A stretch of 64,000 nucleotides of DNA from Thermoplasmatota archaeon (lineage in GTDB: Archaea; Thermoplasmatota; E2; DHVEG-1), in contig JAUXAU010000006.1 in assembly GCA_030619765.1 (NCBI GenBank), forward strand, positions 766-64,765, read 5' to 3'. Below, one piece after another: positions 47,049-54,266 of this stretch. The notes under the pieces were generated by a model. It was given only the letters and a program-made list of their open reading frames with translations, was not told the origin of the DNA and ran no database searches. The translations under genes and the position numbers were made by a program. Every line of letters starts with the position of its first letter. Position 1 is the first letter of the stretch.

Positions 47049-48044
47049 ATGGAATCGGAATTATCGCTTGATAGCCTGAGAATAAATTGCACGGAAGTAT
47101 CTGAAGAAATACAGAAATTTGTAAGACATACAGTTTTTAATGAATTAAAGAAAAAAGGAGTTGTAATTGGAATATCAGGAGGGATAGACAGTAGTGTGAC
47201 CGCTGCTATCTGTGTTAATGCTCTTGGTAAGGAGAGGGTGTTTGGTATTCTTATGCCAGAAAAGGAATCCTCTGAAGATACCTTGGAGTTGAGCAGGATT
47301 GTAACCGACTTCTTTGGAATTGATAATGTTTTGGAGGATATTACCCAAATTCTTGATTCTACAGGTTGTTATCAGCGGAGAAATAAGACGATAAAAAAAA
47401 TTATTCCAGAGTATGCAGACGAATGGAAGTTTAAGATTGTACTTCCTAGCCTCTTGGATTCAGATACATATCGTTTTTTCTCTCTTGTGGCAAAGTCACC
47501 TGATGGGAAAATCGTAAAAAAACGATTAAACCATACAACTTATTTAGAGATATTATCAGCTACAAATTTTAAACAAAGAGTCAGAAAGATGGTTGAATAT
47601 TACCATGCTGATAGACTCAATTATGCTGATGTTGGCACTCCTAACAGGTTGGAATATGATCAAGGTTTCTTTGTGAAAAATGGAGATGGAGCTGCGGATA
47701 TAAAACCTATTGCCCATTTGTATAAAACACAGATTTATCAACTTGCAGAATTCTATAAGATACCTGAGATTATTGTGAATCATCCTCCCACCACTGACAC
47801 GTATTCTATGCCTCAAAGTCAGGAGGAATTCTATTTCTCATTACCATATGATATCATGGATTTCTGCCTCTATTGTTACAATAACGATATAAGCCCTGAG
47901 AGGGCATCTAAGGCGATCGGTTTAGACGTTGATCAAGTAGAGAGGATATATAGTGATATTAAAAACAAGAGGCGTTCAACTATGTATCTTCATTTATCCC
48001 CTCAACTGGTGCAACCGGTATTTACCAGTTTAAAAATGAAATAA
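47049..48044 (+). CDS. PP-loop ATP pyrophosphatase of the NAD+ synthetase (NadE) family
   Basis: The PP-loop reads VVIGISGGIDSSVTAAI (SGGxDS). The NadE-like layout is present, including DRLNYADVGTPNRLEYDQGFFVKNGDGAADIKPI. Confidence 0.65.
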   Translation: MESELSLDSLRINCTEVSEEIQKFVRHTVFNELKKKGVVIGISGGIDSSVTAAICVNALGKERVFGILMPEKESSEDTLELSRIVTDFFGIDNVLEDITQILDSTGCYQRRNKTIKKIIPEYADEWKFKIVLPSLLDSDTYRFFSLVAKSPDGKIVKKRLNHTTYLEILSATNFKQRVRKMVEYYHADRLNYADVGTPNRLEYDQGFFVKNGDGAADIKPIAHLYKTQIYQLAEFYKIPEIIVNHPPTTDTYSMPQSQEEFYFSLPYDIMDFCLYCYNNDISPERASKAIGLDVDQVERIYSDIKNKRRSTMYLHLSPQLVQPVFTSLKMK

Positions 48045-48097
48045 GTATAAAAAAGTTTAAATATTCTATTAGTTTTTATTAAAAGGAGAAGACGGCA

Positions 48098-48955
48098 ATG
48101 AAATTTAGGATAAAATTTTTAATCGGGTTAATTATTGTTATTGCAATGGCTACTGTTGTACTTGGGTATGGTTCTTTTTTTTCTAAATGGTTTTCTCAAG
48201 GAGATTCTTCTCCTGTATTAAAAAATCCAGGTTTAGGAAATGGTACAAAAATTATTTTTCTTCACCATAGCACAGGGAGACACATATGGGATGGAGGTGT
48301 CAATGAGTGGTTTAAAGAGTATAATCAAACAAATAAAGTTAATTATTCTATTATAGAACAAAGTTTCCCGAAATCGAAACCTTATGGATGGAATAATTAT
48401 CCTTTTGATTATTGGAACATTTGGGTAAATCATGCTGGTGAAGAACCATTTAAAGAAGAACCGACTTTAGAAATGATTACGAAGAAATATGATGTTGTAA
48501 TATTGAAACATTGTTATCCAGTGGCAGACATCAAAGAGGATACTGGAGAACCTGATGTTAATTCTGATATTAAACGTTTGGAGAATTATAAGGTTCAATA
48601 TGAGGCTTTGAAGGAAAAAATGAAAGAGTTCAATCAGACAAAATTTATAGTGTGGACGATCGCTGCTTTGGTGGAAAAATCGACAAATGAGGAAATGGCA
48701 TCTAAAGCGAAAGAATTTTATAATTGGGTAAAGGATGAATGGGATGAGAAAGGTGATAATATCTTTCTTTGGGATTTTTATGAGCTTGAAACAGAAGGAG
48801 GTTTGTATTTGAAGAATGAATATGCAAAAAACCTGGAGAATTCTCACCCAAGTATAGCCTTTTCAGAAACTGTTGCGCCTTATTTTTGTCAAAGAATTGT
48901 AGATGTTATTGAAGGTAAAGGCGATACCTCAAACATTACAGGAAGGATAATTTGA
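48098..48955 (+). CDS. secreted/anchored protein of unknown function
   Basis: An AAGGAG RBS and a signal-anchor (MKFRIKFLIGLIIVIAMATVVLG) are present. The motif order IIFLHHSTGRHIW ... VVILKHCYP ... FIVWTIAALV loosely parallels CDS 6866..7987. Confidence 0.45.
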   Translation: MKFRIKFLIGLIIVIAMATVVLGYGSFFSKWFSQGDSSPVLKNPGLGNGTKIIFLHHSTGRHIWDGGVNEWFKEYNQTNKVNYSIIEQSFPKSKPYGWNNYPFDYWNIWVNHAGEEPFKEEPTLEMITKKYDVVILKHCYPVADIKEDTGEPDVNSDIKRLENYKVQYEALKEKMKEFNQTKFIVWTIAALVEKSTNEEMASKAKEFYNWVKDEWDEKGDNIFLWDFYELETEGGLYLKNEYAKNLENSHPSIAFSETVAPYFCQRIVDVIEGKGDTSNITGRII

Positions 48956-49192
48956 GTTATTTCAAATCTTTATTAATATTGGAGATTTGCAATTTTTTCA
49001 GTTATCGGTAACATTTTTTTCTAAGGAGAAAACGTTATTCTATTTTTTATATCTAAAAAATATTTTGTATATTTTATCTTTCTGCAGATTTTTATTATTT
49101 GGTTTTTTATCTTATGTTTATTTAAACATTGTTGTAAATTTGTTTTCATATTCGATTGATATGTCTGAAAGGCATCTTCGAAGTGATGCAAA

Positions 49193-50488
49193 TCATGACC
49201 GCATCTTCTTCATCTGATTAATCATGTGTCTCATCCTTTGTCTATGAGCAGCGTCTGTGTACACTGATTCATATATCTCTAGAACAGTGTTCTCGAGCTC
49301 TTGCATCGCCATGGTTGCTGGTTGAAAAATGGCGTCAAAGCAGGTGTAGAGATCCCAATTCGTGTCAGAAGGTGAGAGTCTACCCTGTTTTATCAAATCA
49401 TTTCTTACTCTTGTCCCAGGGAAGGGTGTCAGGTAGAGAAATTGTGCCCAAATGCGGTTTTCCAGAACGAAATCCCTTATCATAAGGAGGTTATTCCTGG
49501 TATCATGATCAAGTCCTACCAGGAAAGAGCCGAGCACTTGAATTCCATGATTTTGGATCTTCTCGCAGCTCTCGCTATAGGTTTCGAGATGTTTTAGTTT
49601 CCAGCGGCTTTTCTGTATCATCTCCAGGTTTTCTGGAACCAGACTCTCGAATCCAATAAAGACTGTCTTACAGCCGCTCTCTTGCAATAGCTGCAGAAGT
49701 CTCTCGTCCTCGGCTATAGAAATATCAGTCTGTGCGAAGTACTTGACCTTTAAGGGCTTTATTGCCTCCAGAATCTCATATGATCTTTTTCTATCTACGA
49801 ACGTGTTGTCATCGTTGAAGACGCATCGTCTGTTTTTCGCAACGCTCTGTATAGCTTCTATCTCTCTGATGATCTGATCTGTACTCTTAACCCTGTACCG
49901 AGGGCCGAACACTGTTGTAACTGAACAAAAGGTGCAATCGTAAGGGCATCCTCTTGTTATTTGAATAGGCAAAAGTTGAAATTGTGATGTGTTTACAAGA
50001 TCGTACCTTGGAATTGGTGACTTACTTAGGTTCACAGAGTGATCTTGATACAGCTTCTTTGGAGAACCACGTTTGAAGTCTTGAAGGAATTGCGGCCAAG
50101 TGTTTTCGGCTTCGCCAACTATCAGTGTGTCACAGTGAACCTTCGCTTCTTCCGGCATTACCGTTGGATGGATCCCACCTAGGACGGTGTATACACCCCG
50201 TTTCATAAACTGTCTCGCGATTTCGTACCCTCTCAAGGCCTGGGCTGTTATCATTGTTATCCCGACTATGTCAAAGTCTGTTTCGAAGTTGAGCGTATCC
50301 ACTCTTTCGTCAATTAGTTCAACTTCAATCTCCTCTGGTGTTAGAGCAGCAAGAGTGAGCAAAGCGAGATTCGGATGGAAAAAGTCGGGTACGTTTTTGT
50401 TTTCTGCAAAGAACCTCCTCAAACGTGGGTTGTGGGAGTAGTATGTGGTAATTTTGGTACGATAAGGCGAGATGAGTCCAATCTTCAT
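49193..50488 (-). CDS. B12-binding-domain radical SAM enzyme
   Basis: The N-terminal cobalamin-binding-like domain reads DIVGITMITAQ. The radical SAM cluster motif reads ITRGCPYDCTFCS (CxxxCxxC). Confidence 0.85.
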   Translation of the reverse strand: MKIGLISPYRTKITTYYSHNPRLRRFFAENKNVPDFFHPNLALLTLAALTPEEIEVELIDERVDTLNFETDFDIVGITMITAQALRGYEIARQFMKRGVYTVLGGIHPTVMPEEAKVHCDTLIVGEAENTWPQFLQDFKRGSPKKLYQDHSVNLSKSPIPRYDLVNTSQFQLLPIQITRGCPYDCTFCSVTTVFGPRYRVKSTDQIIREIEAIQSVAKNRRCVFNDDNTFVDRKRSYEILEAIKPLKVKYFAQTDISIAEDERLLQLLQESGCKTVFIGFESLVPENLEMIQKSRWKLKHLETYSESCEKIQNHGIQVLGSFLVGLDHDTRNNLLMIRDFVLENRIWAQFLYLTPFPGTRVRNDLIKQGRLSPSDTNWDLYTCFDAIFQPATMAMQELENTVLEIYESVYTDAAHRQRMRHMINQMKKMRS

Positions 50489-50920
50489 AATAGCCTCCTA
50501 TTTTTTAGTAAGAATTCGGGTGGGTCGTTACCATAAGTCCTTGGAAATCCTCATTCTTTTCACTATTTGGCACATGGGATATCTTTCATGTCGTAATGCC
50601 CGAATTTTGTCTATTTTTTTGAATCGATATTTGTATCTTATCCGTCTGGAGTCTTATATTTTTTTCTATTCTATATTTTTGGTTGCGGTTGGGTACGTTT
50701 ATACATACCGGAGTAGATATTGATTGTTTGTTTGATTTTCGATTTTTTTGGAATGAAAAATATTTTTTTCCATATTTTACCCCTGAATCATTGTCTTTGA
50801 AGAATTCATATAATGGGTTTAAAGAGAATTCGGACCGATGATTTTGTAATATAAGTGTCAGGCCTTAAACTTCATTATTTTCTATTATCTGATATTCCTC
50901 TCCTTTACAGATTAAATATT

Positions 50921-51307
50921 TTAAAACAGGGGACCGGTTTCCCGGAAAAATAAGTCCATTGATAAATGGAGAATTATTGATCATAGGCCCATAGCCCAAT
51001 AGGGTTTTCTTTTTGTATCAGACCTCATCAATATTAGAACACCAAATGCAATTGGGAAAAAGGCTATGTGGGCGATAATGTGGTAACTTGCAAGTACTTC
51101 GTGGGTTAAGATGTGGGTTGTATAATATATTCCTAGGAAAATATCAGGTAGAATGCTAAATGATAGGCATGTGATCACAAGTAGTAATTGTTTTTTATGG
51201 TTATAGTCGAAGTATTTTTTGAAATAGAACCTTCCTATTATACTCAAGACAATTCCAGTTAGTGTATGGGTTAGTACTCCTGGCATAGGGTTTGCTTCCA
51301 AATCCAA
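50921..51307 (-). pseudogene. DUF457/YdjM-like membrane protein (paralog of 18991..19365) interrupted by an in-frame TGA at 50981..50983
   Basis: The 108-codon ORF ends ...TKRKPYWAMGL-TGA. The same frame continues SIILHLSMDLFFRETGPLF-TAA. The paralog reads TKRKPIWIMGL-W-SILLHITMDFFIPSTSVLI, so the TGA sits at a Trp position. Confidence 0.45.
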
Positions 51308-51535
51308 TATAATATTTCTCTTTTAATAAATATGCTAATCTTGTCCTGTTCTCTTTTTAACGAATGTATAAGTGTATAGTGATAGAAAACCAATTTTTAT
51401 AGCGTTGTTTAGACGCTCGAATCATGACACCTTCTTGGATAATATTGTGGAGAATTGAAATCAGCCCACCCTACAATATTTGGTTTTCTTACAGATGTTT
51501 TTATTTTAATACCAAACACTTATTTACAACAGGGA

Positions 51536-53197
51536 CTAACTAGAAGATTTTCGTACTTCCTCTTTTATCCGTTGTATATGCCCTCGTCCTAGTGCTTTGA
51601 CTTCACAGCCTAATTGAAAATATAGTTTAATATTATCATCAGATAGAATACCGAAGCAATCAATAACAGCTATGGGATTCCCAGCCCATGTAACAATATC
51701 TTTAGGGTTGAGGTTGAGATATTGCATGTGTGGGATTGCTAAAATCATTGCTTCAACACCTCTGAGTACTTCTGGTAAATTTTTACTAATACTCAAGTTC
51801 TTTAGTTCATCCTGGTTACGGAAAAATCGTGACCATGAATGTCCTGGTGCAGGGTAGATGTCTTGTTTTTCAAATTCGTACCAATGTTCGACTAAAGGGT
51901 CATGAACACGCATTTCTGCTCCCATTTCGGTAAGTTTTCGCACAACTATTTCACTGCCACTATACCGGGTATCACCAACATCTTGACGGTAGCTGGCACC
52001 GCATAATAAAACATCAGCACCTGCTATATATCTTCCCATGTTGCGAAGAGCGTCACGTGTGAGTTCTGCAACATGCAACGCTCTGGTATCGTTGATATCG
52101 ATTGTCTGTGGTGTGATTTTAAAAACACTGTCACCATCTTCGAATCCGAGAATATGCCGATAGGCCCAGTATCCCAAGCCACCATCTTTGGGTAGACAAT
52201 ACCCACCGATGCCCGGTCCAGGGAAGATAATGTTACTATGTGTGGGGCGCACTTTAATTGCGTTGATGACTTTTATTAAATCTACGCCATTTCGTTCTGC
52301 GAAAATGCTCCATTCATTTAAAAAAGCTAGAATCGTTGCGCGGTAGGAATTCTCTACTATTTTTGTTGTTTCTGATTCAATTGGTCTGTCCATGATTGTA
52401 AGAGGATAGTCTTTTGTGTTAAGTACTTCTCTTAGAAATTTTTCTACACGTTCTCTTGCGTCAGTGTTACATCCAGAGCATACACGCCAAAAATCACGGA
52501 TACTTGCGACATATTCCTTTCCGGGCATGACTCTTTCGAAACTGTGAGCCAATAAAGGTTCTGATTGTATTCCTCGCTTAGTAAAGGCTTTTTTTAATAT
52601 AGGCCAGGCTACAAACTCGGTAGTACCAGGAGCCACCGTAGTTTCAATAAGTACTAGACAATTAGGTTGAATTTTCTGCCCAATTGTTCGTATAGTCGCT
52701 TCTAGTGCAGCCATATTAGTCTCACCTGTCTTCATTTTACCAAGATCTTTTTTGGTGAAATCACATTGTACATCCACAACAACGCAGTCGGCTAATTTCA
52801 AGCAGTCACTATTGTAGGTAGCGATTAAGGTTTTATTATCCAAGACACTTCTTGAAATAAGTTTGTTTACTTCAGGATCCTCGGCCTTAATGGGTGACTC
52901 ACCGCGGTTTAGCAGAGGTATCTTCCAGTAACTTCTGAAACTTGGTCTCTGACAACCTATTACAAATTTGCTGTAATTACCTTTTTCATCTTTGGTATCG
53001 GCAATGATTGCAGCCATAACCGCACCTACAAAGCCTACACCCATGACAACTACAATTTCTTTGTTTTCCTCTCTTGCTTTGGTTGTAAGTTGTTCGACAC
53101 GTTGGAATTCTTTAGCATAATCGTCTTTCTTTGGGATTGAGAATTCTTCCCCTGAAGGACTTGTTGAGTACGTGATAACTTCATTATTTGACATCAA
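51536..53197 (-). CDS. long-form nucleotide-sugar dehydrogenase (UDP-glucose/GDP-mannose dehydrogenase family)
   Basis: The Rossmann motif reads IVVVMGVGFVGAVMAA. The catalytic Cys context reads GPGIGGYCLPKDG. It is 553 aa with N- and C-terminal extensions. Confidence 0.8.
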   Translation of the reverse strand: MMSNNEVITYSTSPSGEEFSIPKKDDYAKEFQRVEQLTTKAREENKEIVVVMGVGFVGAVMAAIIADTKDEKGNYSKFVIGCQRPSFRSYWKIPLLNRGESPIKAEDPEVNKLISRSVLDNKTLIATYNSDCLKLADCVVVDVQCDFTKKDLGKMKTGETNMAALEATIRTIGQKIQPNCLVLIETTVAPGTTEFVAWPILKKAFTKRGIQSEPLLAHSFERVMPGKEYVASIRDFWRVCSGCNTDARERVEKFLREVLNTKDYPLTIMDRPIESETTKIVENSYRATILAFLNEWSIFAERNGVDLIKVINAIKVRPTHSNIIFPGPGIGGYCLPKDGGLGYWAYRHILGFEDGDSVFKITPQTIDINDTRALHVAELTRDALRNMGRYIAGADVLLCGASYRQDVGDTRYSGSEIVVRKLTEMGAEMRVHDPLVEHWYEFEKQDIYPAPGHSWSRFFRNQDELKNLSISKNLPEVLRGVEAMILAIPHMQYLNLNPKDIVTWAGNPIAVIDCFGILSDDNIKLYFQLGCEVKALGRGHIQRIKEEVRKSSS

Positions 53198-53506
53198 GAA
53201 TGTCTCCTATGTTTAGATTTAATTAAGTTGGTATTGGAAAAGATTACTAATATTTTTTGCTCAAATTACTATAAAGTGGTTGAGGATATTCATAAAATGT
53301 ATTTATTTAGTAACTTAGCAACCCGTTAGGGGTTTCAGATGGTATTATCTTAAGGGTGATAATCAAATCAGAAATTAATGATAATTATGGATGGACACAT
53401 TGTTTTTTTGTATCTATATGGTAATGTGTTTATGAAGAAAATTTTCTAGATTTAAAAATAGGAAAATTTGAACATTATAATTTTCACTCCACAGAACCAA
53501 AAGCAA

Positions 53507-53875
53507 TTATTCTTCAGGGCATTGAGCATGTTTCAACCTTCCCTTCATTTCTTCAATAACCTCCTTATGATCCTCAGAGTTTGGTTTGATAAAAAGTGGC
53601 TTCCGACATCTATAACAATAGCACCAGATCGCCCAATTATTCATCCCTCGTTTATATCCTATTTTATCTCCTTCTTTAATTCCACTTTGGCGGCCATTAT
53701 AAAATCCACGATTGCGCCAACTCATTTTTGTTTCCTCTATGGTTTTTGAAAAATCTTTTTCTAAATCTAGCAACGCCATTCGGACAAGTTGTGAGACACT
53801 TTTTCCAGATTTTTCTCTCCCCCATTTATTCTCCTTTAATTCTAAATTTGACACTATCCACATTTTCAAATCCAT
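53507..53875 (-). CDS. ribbon-helix-helix-like protein with a C-terminal Cys/His cluster
   Basis: The RHH-like segment reads SGKSVSQLVRMALLDLEKDF. The C-terminal cluster reads WCYCYRCRKP...KHAQC. The start is uncertain (MDLKMW chosen). It overlaps the 3' end of the upstream lipoprotein gene. Confidence 0.4.
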   Translation of the reverse strand: MDLKMWIVSNLELKENKWGREKSGKSVSQLVRMALLDLEKDFSKTIEETKMSWRNRGFYNGRQSGIKEGDKIGYKRGMNNWAIWCYCYRCRKPLFIKPNSEDHKEVIEEMKGRLKHAQCPEE

Positions 53876-54239
53876 CAGTATCACATCTGGAAAACGATAT
53901 TGAAAAATCTTCTGTATGTGTATCTGGGATGCCATAAACTAATACAATTCCATTATCTAAAAAAATACCATTACTATCAAAAAGTTTTGCTAAAACTCTA
54001 ACCCTATCTAATTTATAACCCGCTTTATTTTTAATAGTTCCAGTTACTCTATAATGGTAAACATTTTCACCATGAATAAAACCGCTTCCTATTACTCCAA
54101 ACATTCCATGGGTTTCAACCTCATAACTTACAAGTTCTACTTTACTTGTATCACCATTACCAGTTAATTCTTCACATCCACCCAATCCAACGCAGATAAG
54201 CAGAACAGTTATTCCGAGTATTACTAAATGTTTTTTTAT
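53826..54239 (-). CDS. putative lipoprotein; the signal peptide is only encoded if translation starts at ATA (54239..54237)
   Basis: In frame and upstream of the track's TTG start, the sequence encodes IKKHLVILGITVLLICVGLGGCEE: an n-region, an h-region and a lipobox-like LGGC. GGGAGGT lies 7 nt upstream of the ATA. No in-frame ATG, GTG or TTG occurs between the upstream stop and the h-region. Confidence 0.45.
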   Translation of the reverse strand: MKKHLVILGITVLLICVGLGGCEELTGNGDTSKVELVSYEVETHGMFGVIGSGFIHGENVYHYRVTGTIKNKAGYKLDRVRVLAKLFDSNGIFLDNGIVLVYGIPDTHTEDFSISFSRCDTDGFENVDSVKFRIKGE

Positions 54240-54266
54240 ATTCTTTACCTCCCTTAAAATATATTT

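Noticed and set aside
48987-49217. 76-aa plus-strand ORF between the glycan locus and the radical SAM gene
   Set aside because: It starts at a non-ATG codon and has a Phe/Leu/Tyr-rich low-complexity composition typical of AT-rich non-coding DNA. It also overlaps the 3' end of the convergent radical SAM gene.
50472-50723. 83-aa plus-strand ORF in the roughly 490-bp region upstream of the radical SAM gene
   Set aside because: It overlaps the radical SAM start on the opposite strand, and it has no RBS and no recognisable domain. The region is more likely a divergent regulatory region.
50981-50983. Genome-wide reassignment of TGA to Trp (code 4-like) as an explanation for the in-frame TGA
   Set aside because: TGA closes several well-delimited genes in this window. 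Two of these are classic ATGA stop/start overlaps (35928..35931 and 40750..40753), and a third is the GT4 gene ending at 27236. TGA therefore functions as a stop codon here.
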